This document shows, one piece after another, positions 18,725 to 27,929 of a stretch of 39,818 nt of DNA (position 1 is its first letter; each line of letters starts with the position of its first letter). The position numbers and the translations under genes were made by a program. Source of the DNA: Shigella phage ESh2; sequence record ON528716. The stretch is one strand, 5' to 3'. A model generated the notes under the pieces. The model was not told the origin of the DNA. It saw nothing but the letters and a program-made list of their open reading frames with translations, and searched no databases.

Positions 18725-19125
18725 TGTCTGAGTTCACATGTGTGGAGGCCAAGAGTCGCTTCCGTGCAATCCGGTGGACTGTGGAACACCTTGGGTTGCC
18801 TAAAGGATTCGAAGGGCACTTTGTGGGCTACAGCCTCTACGTTGACGAAGTAATGGACATGTCTGGGTGCCGTGAAGAGTACATTCTGGACTCTACAGGA
18901 GAACATGTAGCGTACTTCGCGTGGTGCGTAAGCTGTGACATTCACCACAAAGGAGACATTCTGGATGTAACGTCCGTTGTCATTAATCCTGAGGCAGACT
19001 CTAAGGGCTTACAGCGATTCCTAGCGAAACGCTTTAAGTACCTTGCAGAACTCCACGATTGCGATTGGGTGTCCCGCTGTAAACATGAAGGCGAGACAAT
19101 GCGTGTATACTTTAAGGAGGTATAA
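18724..19125 (+). CDS. 7: gene 7 protein (host range / virion assembly)
   Basis: 133 aa; MSEFTCVEAKSRFRAIRWTVEHLGLPKGFEGHF... matches T7 gp7. Confidence 0.9.
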   Translation: MSEFTCVEAKSRFRAIRWTVEHLGLPKGFEGHFVGYSLYVDEVMDMSGCREEYILDSTGEHVAYFAWCVSCDIHHKGDILDVTSVVINPEADSKGLQRFLAKRFKYLAELHDCDWVSRCKHEGETMRVYFKEV

Positions 19126-19128
19126 GTT

Positions 19129-19449
19129 ATGGGTAAGAAAGTCAAGAAGGTAGTTAAGAAAGTAACTAAGCCCGTTGAGAAAGCCGTAAAGAAAGTTACC
19201 AAGGAAGTGACTCGTCCTATTAAACAGGTTGCTGGTGCGCTGGCGGGTGGTGCTGGTGAAGCACAAGTAGTTGAAGTTCCACAACCAACAGCTGCTGCTA
19301 CTCCTGCTGCACAAATTGTTGACGTACCTGAGAAAGAGGTTTCCACTGATGACGAAGCACAGACCGAAAGCGGACGCAAGAAAGCTCGTTCTGAAGGTAA
19401 GAAGTCCTTGAGTGTAGCCCGTAGCTCCGGTGGGGGTATAAATATATGA
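19129..19449 (+). CDS. 7.3: gene 7.3 tail-associated protein (Lys-rich N-terminus)
   Basis: 106 aa; MGKKVKKVVKKVTKPVEKAVKKVTKE... ending SVARSSGGGINI; matches T7 gp7.3 with a 7-aa PTAAATP insertion. Confidence 0.9.
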   Translation: MGKKVKKVVKKVTKPVEKAVKKVTKEVTRPIKQVAGALAGGAGEAQVVEVPQPTAAATPAAQIVDVPEKEVSTDDEAQTESGRKKARSEGKKSLSVARSSGGGINI

Positions 19450-19847
19450 CAGATTGTATCCTTCATACTGGTTGCACGACTAAAGGAGGGTACGGTCTCG
19501 TTGGTTATAAAGGTAAGACACAGCTGGCTCACAGGGTATCATACATCAAATCAAAGGGTGAGATACCGACTGGTATGGTCATAATGCATACCTGTGACAA
19601 CCCTCTGTGTATCAACCCTGAACATCTTGTAGCTGGAACTCAGCGTGATAACCGTATGGACTGTGTAACTAAAGGTAGAGCGAACGTATCCAGAGGTGAA
19701 GAGCATTATTGTGCCAAGCTCACTGAGGCCATTGTGCGTGAGATTCGTGCATCAAATTTAACCAACACTGAGTTGTCAGAAGTGTATGGCATCCATAGGA
19801 GAACCATTAGTGACGCTCGATGTGGTAAGACATGGAGACATATTTAA
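19446..19847 (+). CDS. 7.7: HNH homing endonuclease at the gene 7.7 position
   Basis: 133 aa; TKGGYGLVGYKGKTQLAHRVSY...HTCDNPLCINPEHLVAGTQRDN HNH motif; C-terminal NTELSEVYGIHRRTISD HTH-like; stop overlaps gene 8 start by 1 nt. Confidence 0.85.
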   Translation: MTDCILHTGCTTKGGYGLVGYKGKTQLAHRVSYIKSKGEIPTGMVIMHTCDNPLCINPEHLVAGTQRDNRMDCVTKGRANVSRGEEHYCAKLTEAIVREIRASNLTNTELSEVYGIHRRTISDARCGKTWRHI

Positions 19848-21457
19848 TGGCTGAGAAACGAACAGGACTTGCGGAGGATGGCGCAAAGTCTGTCTATGAG
19901 CGTTTAAAGAACGACCGCGCGCCTTATGAGACGCGTGCCCAGAATTGCGCTCAATATACCATCCCATCATTGTTCCCTAAGGACTCCGATAACGCCTCTA
20001 CAGACTACACAACTCCGTGGCAAGCTGTGGGTGCTCGGGGTCTAAACAATCTAGCATCTAAGCTCATGCTGGCCCTGTTCCCGATGCAGACTTGGATGCG
20101 ACTTACTATATCTGAATATGAAGCAAAGCAGCTACTGAGCGACCCCGATGGACTCGCTAAGGTCGATGAGGGTCTCTCAATGGTAGAGCGTATCATCATG
20201 AACTACATTGAGTCAAACAGCTACCGCGTGACTCTCTTTGAGGCTCTCAAGCAGTTAGTCGTAGCTGGTAACGTCCTGCTGTACCTACCGGAACCGGAAG
20301 GGTCAAACTACAATCCCATGAAGCTGTACCGATTGTCTTCTTATGTGGTCCAACGAGACGCATTCGGCAACGTTCTGCAAATGGTGACTCGTGACCAAAT
20401 AGCTTTCGGTGCTCTACCTGAGGACATCCGTAAGGCTGTAGAAGGTCAAGGTGGTGAGAAGAAACCTGATGAGACCATTGATGTGTACACTCACATCTAC
20501 TTGGACGAAGAGTCAGACGAATACCTCCGCTATGAAGAGGTTGAAGGTATGGAGATACAAGGCTCCGATGGGTCTTACCCTAAAGATGCTTGCCCATACA
20601 TCCCTATTCGTATGGTTCGTCTGGATGGTGAATCCTACGGTCGTTCGTACATTGAGGAATACTTAGGTGACTTACGGTCCCTTGAGAATCTCCAAGAGGC
20701 TATCGTCAAGATGTCCATGATTAGCTCTAAGGTTATCGGCTTAGTGAATCCTGCTGGTATCACCCAGCCACGCCGACTGACCAAAGCTCAGACTGGTGAC
20801 TTCGTTACGGGTCGTCCAGAAGACATCTCGTTCCTCCAACTGGAGAAGCAAGCAGACTTTACTGTAGCCAAGGCTGTCAGTGACGCTATTGAGGCTCGCC
20901 TTTCGTTTGCCTTTATGTTGAACTCTGCGGTTCAGCGCACAGGTGAACGAGTGACCGCTGAAGAGATTCGGTATGTCGCTTCTGAACTTGAAGATACTTT
21001 AGGCGGCGTCTACTCTATCCTTTCTCAAGAATTACAATTGCCTCTGGTACGAGTGCTCTTGAAGCAACTACAAGCCACGCAACAGATTCCTGAGTTACCT
21101 AAGGAAGCCGTAGAGCCAACCATTAGTACAGGTCTGGAAGCAATTGGTCGAGGACAAGACCTTGATAAGCTGGAGCGTTGTGTCGCTGCGTGGGCTGCTC
21201 TTGCTCCTATGCGTGATGACCCTGACATCAACCTTGCTATGATTAAGTTGCGCATTGCTAACGCCATCGGTATTGACACTTCTGGTATCCTTCTTACCGA
21301 AGAACAGAAGCAACAGAAGATGGCTCAACAGTCTATGCAAATGGGTATGGATAGTGGTGCTGCTGCGCTTGGTCAAGGTATGGCTGCACAGGCTACGGCT
21401 TCACCTGAGGCTATGGCTGCTGCTGCTGATTCCGTAGGTTTACAGCCGGGCATTTAA
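19847..21457 (+). CDS. 8: head-tail connector (portal) protein
   Basis: 536 aa from ATG 19847 (SD ggaga); MAEKRTGLAEDGAKSVYERLKNDRAPYETRAQ... near-identical to T7 gp8. Confidence 0.98.
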   Translation: MAEKRTGLAEDGAKSVYERLKNDRAPYETRAQNCAQYTIPSLFPKDSDNASTDYTTPWQAVGARGLNNLASKLMLALFPMQTWMRLTISEYEAKQLLSDPDGLAKVDEGLSMVERIIMNYIESNSYRVTLFEALKQLVVAGNVLLYLPEPEGSNYNPMKLYRLSSYVVQRDAFGNVLQMVTRDQIAFGALPEDIRKAVEGQGGEKKPDETIDVYTHIYLDEESDEYLRYEEVEGMEIQGSDGSYPKDACPYIPIRMVRLDGESYGRSYIEEYLGDLRSLENLQEAIVKMSMISSKVIGLVNPAGITQPRRLTKAQTGDFVTGRPEDISFLQLEKQADFTVAKAVSDAIEARLSFAFMLNSAVQRTGERVTAEEIRYVASELEDTLGGVYSILSQELQLPLVRVLLKQLQATQQIPELPKEAVEPTISTGLEAIGRGQDLDKLERCVAAWAALAPMRDDPDINLAMIKLRIANAIGIDTSGILLTEEQKQQKMAQQSMQMGMDSGAAALGQGMAAQATASPEAMAAAADSVGLQPGI

Positions 21458-21477
21458 TACGACTCACTATAGGGAGA
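21455..21477 (+). promoter_or_regulatory. T7 RNAP promoter phi9
   Basis: taatacgactcactatagggaga, exact consensus. Confidence 0.9.
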
Positions 21478-21556
21478 CCTCATCTTTGGAATGAGCGATG
21501 ACAAGAGGTTGGAGTCCTCGGTCTTCCTGTAGTTCAACTTTAAGGAGACAATAATA

Positions 21557-22480
21557 ATGGCTGAATCTAATGCAGACGTATACGCATCTTTTGGCGTGAA
21601 CTCCGCTGTGATGTCTGGTGGTTCCGTTGAGGAACATGAGCAGAATATGCTGGCTCTTGATGTTGCTGCCCGTGATGGCGATGATGCAATCGAGTTAGCG
21701 TCCGACGAAGTGGAAACAGAACGCGACCTGTATGATAACTCTGACCCATTCGGTCAAGAGGATGATGAGGGACGCATTCAGGTCCGTATTGGTGATGGCT
21801 CTGAGCCGACCGATGTGGACACTGGAGAAGAAGGCTTTGAGGGCACAGAAGGTTCCGAAGAGTTTACCCCGCTTGGCGAGACTCCAGAAGAACTGGTAGC
21901 TGCCTCTGAGCAACTTGGCGAGCACGAAGAGGGCTTCCAAGAGATGATTAACATTGCTGCCGAGCGTGGCATGAGTGTTGAGACCATTGAGGCTATCCAG
22001 CGTGAGTACGAGGAGAACGAAGAGTTGTCCGCTGAGTCCTACGCTAAGCTGGCTGAAATTGGCTACACTAAGGCTTTCATTGACTCATACATTCGTGGTC
22101 AAGAAGCTCTGGTTGAGCAGTACGTAAACAGTGTCATTGAGTACGCTGGTGGTCGTGAACGTTTTGACGCACTGTATAATCACCTTGAGACGCACAACCC
22201 TGAGGCTGCACAGTCGCTGGACAATGCGTTGACCAATCGTGACTTAGCGACCGTTAAGGCTATCATTAACTTGGCTGGTGAGTCTCGCGCTAAGGCGTTT
22301 GGTCGTAAACCAACTCGTAGCGTGACCAATCGTGCTATTCCGGCTAAACCTCAGGCTACCAAGCGTGAAGGCTTTGCGGACCGTAGCGAGATGATTAAAG
22401 CTATGAGTGACCCTCGGTATCGCACGGATGCCAATTATCGTCGTCAAGTCGAACAGAAAGTAATCGATTCGAACTTCTGA
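21557..22480 (+). CDS. 9: capsid assembly (scaffolding) protein, acidic
   Basis: 307 aa; MAESNADVYASFGVNSAVMSGGSVEEHEQNM... matches T7 gp9. Confidence 0.97.
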   Translation: MAESNADVYASFGVNSAVMSGGSVEEHEQNMLALDVAARDGDDAIELASDEVETERDLYDNSDPFGQEDDEGRIQVRIGDGSEPTDVDTGEEGFEGTEGSEEFTPLGETPEELVAASEQLGEHEEGFQEMINIAAERGMSVETIEAIQREYEENEELSAESYAKLAEIGYTKAFIDSYIRGQEALVEQYVNSVIEYAGGRERFDALYNHLETHNPEAAQSLDNALTNRDLATVKAIINLAGESRAKAFGRKPTRSVTNRAIPAKPQATKREGFADRSEMIKAMSDPRYRTDANYRRQVEQKVIDSNF

Positions 22481-22493
22481 TAGACACTGAAAT

Positions 22494-22516
22494 TAATACG
22501 ACTCACTATAGGGAGA
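22494..22516 (+). promoter_or_regulatory. T7 RNAP promoter phi10 (major capsid promoter)
   Basis: taatacgactcactatagggaga followed by leader hairpin gggagaccacaacggtttccctctagaaat and strong SD aaggaga. Confidence 0.95.
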
Positions 22517-22574
22517 CCACAACGGTTTCCCTCTAGAAATCATTATTGTTTAACTTTAAGAAGGAGACATACAT

Positions 22575-23606
22575 ATGGCTACTATGACTGGTGGACAGCA
22601 ACTGGGTACTAACCAAGGTAAAGGTGCAAGTGCTTCTGATAAACTGGCGTTGTTCTTGAAGGTGTTTGGTGGTGAAGTTCTGACTGCATTCGCGCGTACC
22701 TCTGTGACCACTTCTCGCCACATGGTCCGTTCCATCTCCAGCGGTAAATCCGCTCAGTTCCCTGTACTGGGTCGCACTCAGGCAGCTTACTTGTCTCCTG
22801 GTGAGAACCTCGATGATATTCGTAAAGACATCAAACACACCGAGAAGACCATCACCATTGATGGCCTCCTGACGGCAGACGTTCTGATTTACGACATTGA
22901 GGACGCGATGAACCACTATGACGTTCGCTCTGAGTATACCTCTCAGTTGGGTGAATCTCTGGCTATGGCTGCTGATGGTGCGGTTCTGGCTGAGATTGCT
23001 GGCCTGTGTAACTTGGCGAGCGCCTCTAATGAGAACATCGAGGGCTTAGGTACTGCTACCGTAATTGAGACCACTCAGGACAAGGCGGCACTTACCGACC
23101 AAGTTGCGCTTGGTAAGGAGATTATTGCGGCTCTGACTAAGGCTCGTGCGGCTCTGACTAAGAACTATGTTCCGGCTGCTGACCGTGTGTTCTACTGCGA
23201 CCCAGATAGCTACTCTGCGATTCTGGCAGCACTTATGCCGAACGCAGCAAACTACGCTGCTCTGATTGACCCTGAGAAGGGTTCTATCCGCAACGTTATG
23301 GGCTTTGAGGTTGTAGAAGTTCCCCACCTCACCGCTGGTGGTGCTGGCACCTCTCGTGCGGATGCTACCGGTCAGAAGCACGCCTTCCCTGCCACTAAGA
23401 GTGGTAACGACAAGGTTGCTAAGGACAACGTTATCGGCCTGTTCATGCACCGCTCTGCTGTAGGTACTGTTAAACTGCGCGACTTAGCTCTGGAGCGCGC
23501 TCGCCGTGCTAACTTCCAAGCAGACCAGATTATTGCTAAGTATGCAATGGGCCACGGTGGTCTGCGCCCAGAAGCTGCTGGTGCAGTGGTTTTCAAGGGG
23601 AAGTAA
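22575..23606 (+). CDS. 10: major capsid protein 10A
   Basis: 343 aa; MATMTGGQQLGTNQGKG...LALFLKVFGGEVLTAFARTSVTTSRHMVRS; matches T7 gp10A. Confidence 0.98.
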   Translation: MATMTGGQQLGTNQGKGASASDKLALFLKVFGGEVLTAFARTSVTTSRHMVRSISSGKSAQFPVLGRTQAAYLSPGENLDDIRKDIKHTEKTITIDGLLTADVLIYDIEDAMNHYDVRSEYTSQLGESLAMAADGAVLAEIAGLCNLASASNENIEGLGTATVIETTQDKAALTDQVALGKEIIAALTKARAALTKNYVPAADRVFYCDPDSYSAILAALMPNAANYAALIDPEKGSIRNVMGFEVVEVPHLTAGGAGTSRADATGQKHAFPATKSGNDKVAKDNVIGLFMHRSAVGTVKLRDLALERARRANFQADQIIAKYAMGHGGLRPEAAGAVVFKGK

Positions 23607-23764
23607 TGCTGGGAGTGGCCTCAACGGTCGCTGCTAGTCCCGAGGAGGAGAGTGTTACTTCAACAGAAGAAACCTTAACGCCAGCACAGAAGGCCGCACG
23701 CACCCGCGCTGCTAACAAAGCCCGAAAGGAAGCTGAGTTGGCTGCTGCCACCGCTGAGCAATAA
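22575..23764 (+). CDS. 10: minor capsid protein 10B produced by -1 ribosomal frameshift near 23588-23594
   Basis: The -1 frame downstream of g gtt ttc stays open to TAA 23762-23764 and encodes ...FQGEVMLGVASTVAASPEEESVTSTEETLTPAQKAARTRAANKARKEAELAAATAEQ, matching the T7 10B extension. Confidence 0.65.
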
Positions 23765-23773
23765 CTAGCATAA

Positions 23774-23811
23774 CCCCTTGGGGCCTCTAAACGGGTCTTG
23801 AGGGGTTTTTT
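23774..23811 (+). terminator. T7 RNAP terminator Tphi
   Basis: ccccttggggcctctaaacgggtcttgagggg hairpin followed by tttttt; matches the canonical T7 terminator. Confidence 0.95.
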
Positions 23812-23832
23812 GCTGAAAGGAGGAGGAACTAT

Positions 23833-24423
23833 ATGCGCTCTTACGATATGAACGTTGAGACTGCCGCTGAGTTATCCGCTGTGAACGACATTCTGGCATC
23901 TATCGGAGAACCTCCGGTATCGACGCTGGAAGGTGATGCTAACGCAGACGTGGCGAACGCTCGACGTATTCTCAATAAGATTAACCGACAGATTCAGTCT
24001 CGTGGCTGGACGTTCAACATTGAGGAAGGTGTAACGCTCTTACCTGATGTTTACTCCAACCTGATTGTATACAGCGATGACTATTTATCATTAATGGCTA
24101 CTTCTGGTCAATCAATCTACGTGAACCGAGGTGGCTATGTGTATGACCGAACGAGCCAGACAGACCGCTTTGATTCTGGTATTACCGTTAACATTATTCG
24201 TCTTCGGGACTACGATGAGATGCCTGAGTGCTTCCGCTACTGGATTGTCACTAAGGCTTCCCGTCAGTTCAACAACCGATTCTTTGGGGCACCAGAGGTA
24301 GAGGGTGTACTTCAAGAAGAGGAAGATGAAGCTCGACGTCTCTGTATGGAGTACGAAGTGGACTATGGTGGGTACAATATGCTTGATGGTGATGCGTTCA
24401 CTTCTGGTCTACTGACTCGCTAA
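23833..24423 (+). CDS. 11: tail tubular protein A (gatekeeper)
   Basis: 196 aa; [30 protein letters not shown]... matches T7 gp11. Confidence 0.97.
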   Translation: MRSYDMNVETAAELSAVNDILASIGEPPVSTLEGDANADVANARRILNKINRQIQSRGWTFNIEEGVTLLPDVYSNLIVYSDDYLSLMATSGQSIYVNRGGYVYDRTSQTDRFDSGITVNIIRLRDYDEMPECFRYWIVTKASRQFNNRFFGAPEVEGVLQEEEDEARRLCMEYEVDYGGYNMLDGDAFTSGLLTR

Positions 24424-24443
24424 TAATCAATAAGGAGGCTCTA

Positions 24444-26831
24444 ATGGCACTCATTAGCCAATCAATCAAGAACTTGAAGGGTGGTATCAGCCAACAGCCT
24501 GACATCCTTCGTTATCCAGACCAAGGGTCACGCCAAGTTAACGGTTGGTCTTCGGAGACCGAGGGCCTCCAAAAGCGTCCACCTCTGGTCTTCCTTAAGA
24601 CCCTAGGAGGAAGTGGTGACTTAGGGACAGCGCCTTACGTCCACCTGATTAACCGTGATGAAAACGAACAGTATTACGCTGTGTTCACTGGTACTGGAAT
24701 CCGTGTGTTTGACCTTGCTGGTAACGAAAAGCAGGTACGTTACCCAACTGATGGGTCCTCATACATCAACACTGCAAACCCAAGGAATGACCTGAGGATG
24801 GTCACAGTGGCTGACTACACCTTCATCGTCAACAGGAATGTCCGTGTCACGCGAAATACCAACGCAGTGAACCTCGCAGGATTTAACCCCAAGAAGGACG
24901 CATTAATCAACGTTCGTGGTGGTCAGTATGGTCGCACCCTACAGATTATGATTAACGGTGGTTTACAAGCCTCCTATCAGATTCCTGATGGTTCACAGCC
25001 AGCACACGTTAATAACACGGACGCTCAGTGGTTAGCAGAAGAGTTGGCTCGCCAGTGTAGAGCAAATGCTCCGGGATGGGCATTCAATGTTGGGCAGGGT
25101 TTTATCCACATCATAGCACCTGCTGGTCAACAGATTGATTCCCTGATGACGAAGGATGGCTATGCTGACCAGTTGATTAACCCAGTTACTCACTACGCTC
25201 AGTCATTCTCTAAGTTGCCACCTAACGCTCCTGACGGGTACATGGTGAAAATCGTAGGGGATTCTTCCAAGTCTGCTGACCAGTACTACGTTCGCTATGA
25301 CGCTACGCGTAAAGTCTGGGTTGAAACATTAGGCTGGAATGTTAACAATCAGCTTCTTTATGAAACGATGCCTCATGCACTGGTACGCGCTTCTGACGGT
25401 AACTTTGAGTTCAGGTGGATTGAGTGGAGTCCTAAAACCTGTGGTGATGACGACACAAACCCGTGGCCTTCCTTCATGGACTCCACAATAAACGATGTGT
25501 TCTTCTTCCGTAACCGTTTGGGTTTCCTTAGTGGTGAAAATATCATCCTGAGTAGAACCGCTAAGTACTTCAACTTCTACCCTGCGTCAATCGCAAACTT
25601 GAGCGACGATGACCCTATCGACGTAGCCGTGAGTACCAACCGAATCGCAATCCTTAAGTACGCCGTTCCGTTCTCTGAGGAGTTACTCATCTGGTCCGAT
25701 GAAGCACAATTTGTCCTGACTGCTTCCGGTACTCTCACGTCGAAGTCAGTTGAGTTGAACCTAACGACTCAGTTTGACGTACAGGACCGAGCGAGACCTT
25801 ATGGGATTGGTCGCAATGTCTACTTTACTAGTCCGAGGTCCAGCTTCACGTCCATCCACAAATATTACGCTGTGCAGGACGTAAGTTCCGTTAAGAACGC
25901 TGAGGACATTACAGCACACGTTCCTAACTATATCCCTAATGGTGTGTTCAGTATCTGCGGTAGTGGTACGGAAAACTTCTGTTCTGTACTATCTCATGGG
26001 GACCCAAGTAAAATCTTCATCTACAAATTCCTGTACCTGAACGAAGAGTTGAGACAACAGTCGTGGTCTCATTGGGACTTTGGGGAAAACGTGCAGGTTC
26101 TAGCTTGTCAGAGTATCAACTCAGATATGTACGTTATTCTCCGTAATGAGTTCAATACGTTCCTAGCTAAAATCTCTTTCACTAAGAACGCCATTGACTT
26201 ACGAGGCGAACCTTACCGCGCCTTTATGGACATGAAGATTAGATACACGATTCCTCGTGGCACATACAACGATGATACATACGAAACTTCCATCCACATA
26301 CCAACCGTCTATAACGCCAACTTTGGGAGGGGCAAAATCACTGTACTGGAACCTGATGGTAAGATAACCGTATTTGAGCAACCAACGTCTGGGTGGAACA
26401 GTGACCCTTGGCTGAGACTCAGTGGTAACTTAGAGGGACGAACGGTATACATCGGGTTCAACATTAACTTCGTCTATGAGTTCTCTAAGTTCCTCATCAA
26501 GCAGACTGCCGACGATGGGTCTACCTCCACGGAAGACATTGGTCGCTTGCAGTTACGCCGAGCGTGGGTTAACTACGAGGAATCTGGTACGTTCGATATT
26601 TATGTTGAGAACCAATCATCCAACTGGAAGTATACGATGGCTGGTGCACGATTAGGCTCTAACGCCCTGAGGGCTGGGAGATTGAACTTAGGGACAGGAC
26701 AATACCGTTTCCCTGTGGTGGGTAACGCCAAGTTCAATACCGTTACCATCTTGTCCGATGAGACTACCCCGCTGAACATCATTGGGTGTGGCTGGGAAGG
26801 TAACTACTTACGGAGAAGTTCCGGTATTTAA
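24444..26831 (+). CDS. 12: tail tubular protein B (nozzle)
   Basis: 795 aa; MALISQSIKNLKGGISQQPDILRYPDQGSRQVNGW... matches T7 gp12. Confidence 0.97.
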   Translation: MALISQSIKNLKGGISQQPDILRYPDQGSRQVNGWSSETEGLQKRPPLVFLKTLGGSGDLGTAPYVHLINRDENEQYYAVFTGTGIRVFDLAGNEKQVRYPTDGSSYINTANPRNDLRMVTVADYTFIVNRNVRVTRNTNAVNLAGFNPKKDALINVRGGQYGRTLQIMINGGLQASYQIPDGSQPAHVNNTDAQWLAEELARQCRANAPGWAFNVGQGFIHIIAPAGQQIDSLMTKDGYADQLINPVTHYAQSFSKLPPNAPDGYMVKIVGDSSKSADQYYVRYDATRKVWVETLGWNVNNQLLYETMPHALVRASDGNFEFRWIEWSPKTCGDDDTNPWPSFMDSTINDVFFFRNRLGFLSGENIILSRTAKYFNFYPASIANLSDDDPIDVAVSTNRIAILKYAVPFSEELLIWSDEAQFVLTASGTLTSKSVELNLTTQFDVQDRARPYGIGRNVYFTSPRSSFTSIHKYYAVQDVSSVKNAEDITAHVPNYIPNGVFSICGSGTENFCSVLSHGDPSKIFIYKFLYLNEELRQQSWSHWDFGENVQVLACQSINSDMYVILRNEFNTFLAKISFTKNAIDLRGEPYRAFMDMKIRYTIPRGTYNDDTYETSIHIPTVYNANFGRGKITVLEPDGKITVFEQPTSGWNSDPWLRLSGNLEGRTVYIGFNINFVYEFSKFLIKQTADDGSTSTEDIGRLQLRRAWVNYEESGTFDIYVENQSSNWKYTMAGARLGSNALRAGRLNLGTGQYRFPVVGNAKFNTVTILSDETTPLNIIGCGWEGNYLRRSSGI

Positions 26832-26861
26832 TTAAATGTTCTCCCTGTGGTGGATCGAATT

Positions 26862-26884
26862 TAATACGACTCACTATAGGGAGA
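26862..26884 (+). promoter_or_regulatory. T7 RNAP promoter phi13
   Basis: taatacgactcactatagggaga, exact consensus. Confidence 0.9.
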
Positions 26885-26911
26885 ACAATACGACTACGGG
26901 AGGGTTTTCTT

Positions 26912-27328
26912 ATGATGATTATAAGACCTACTAAAAGTACAGACTTTGAGGTATTCACTCCGGCTCACCATGACATTCTTGAAGCTAAGGCTGCTGGTAT
27001 TGAGCCGAGTTTCCCTGATGCTTCCGAGTGTGTCACGCTGAGCCTCTATGGGTTCCCTCTAGCCATCGGTGGCAACTGTGGGGACCAATGCTGGTTCGTT
27101 ACGAGCGACCAAGTGTGGAGACTTAGTGGAAAAGCTAAGCGAGAGTTCCGTAAGTTAATCATGGAGTATCGCGATAAGATGCTTGAGAAGTATGATACTC
27201 TTTGGAATTACGTATGGGTAGGCAATACGTCCCACATTCGTTTCCTCAAGACTATCGGTGCGGTATTCCATGAAGAGTACACACGGGATGGTCAATTTCA
27301 ATTATTCACAATCACGAAAGGAGGATAA
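26912..27328 (+). CDS. 13: internal virion / core assembly protein gp13
   Basis: 138 aa; MMIIRPTKSTDFEVFTPAHHDILEAKAAGIEPSF... matches T7 gp13. Confidence 0.95.
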   Translation: MMIIRPTKSTDFEVFTPAHHDILEAKAAGIEPSFPDASECVTLSLYGFPLAIGGNCGDQCWFVTSDQVWRLSGKAKREFRKLIMEYRDKMLEKYDTLWNYVWVGNTSHIRFLKTIGAVFHEEYTRDGQFQLFTITKGG

Positions 27329-27332
27329 CCAT

Positions 27333-27923
27333 ATGTGTTGGGCAGCCGCAATTCCTATCGCTATAGCTGGCGCTCAGGCCATCAGTGGTCAGAACACTCA
27401 GGCCAAAATGATTGCCGCTCAGACCGCTGCTGGTCGTCGTCAAGCCTTTGAACTTATGAAGCAGACGAACATCCAGAATGCTGACCTATCGCTGCAAGCT
27501 CGAAGTAAACTTGAGGAAGCGTCCTCTGAGTTGACCGCTCAGAACATGCAGAAGGTACAAGCTCTTGGGTCTATCCGAGCGGCTATCGGAGAGAGTATGC
27601 TTGAAGGTTCCTCAATGGACCGCATTAAGCGAGTCACAGAAGGACAGTTCATTCGGGAAGCCAATATGGTAACGGAGAACTATCGCCGTGACTACCAAGC
27701 AATCTTCGCACAGCAACTTGGTGGCACTCAAAGTGCTGCGAGCCAGATTAGCGAAATCTATAAGGGCGAACAGAAGCAGAAGAGTAAGCTACAGATGGTT
27801 CTGGACCCACTGGCTATCATGGGGTCTTCCGCTGCGAGTGCTTACGCAGACGGTAAGTTCGACTCTAAGCCCACAACTAAGGCACCTATTGTTGCCGCTA
27901 AAGGAACCAAGACGGGGAGGTAA
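27333..27923 (+). CDS. 14: internal virion protein B (ejectosome, gp14)
   Basis: 196 aa from ATG 27333 (SD aaaggagg); MCWAAAIPIAIAGAQAISGQN... matches T7 gp14. Confidence 0.95.
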   Translation: MCWAAAIPIAIAGAQAISGQNTQAKMIAAQTAAGRRQAFELMKQTNIQNADLSLQARSKLEEASSELTAQNMQKVQALGSIRAAIGESMLEGSSMDRIKRVTEGQFIREANMVTENYRRDYQAIFAQQLGGTQSAASQISEIYKGEQKQKSKLQMVLDPLAIMGSSAASAYADGKFDSKPTTKAPIVAAKGTKTGR

Positions 27924-27929
27924 TTAGCT

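Noticed and set aside
22494-22578. pET-type expression-vector signature (T7 promoter, XbaI site tctaga, aagaaggaga SD, ATG)
   Set aside because: This is the native phi10 / gene 10 leader from which such vectors were derived; it is embedded in a complete phage genome with gene 9 upstream and authentic gene 10 downstream
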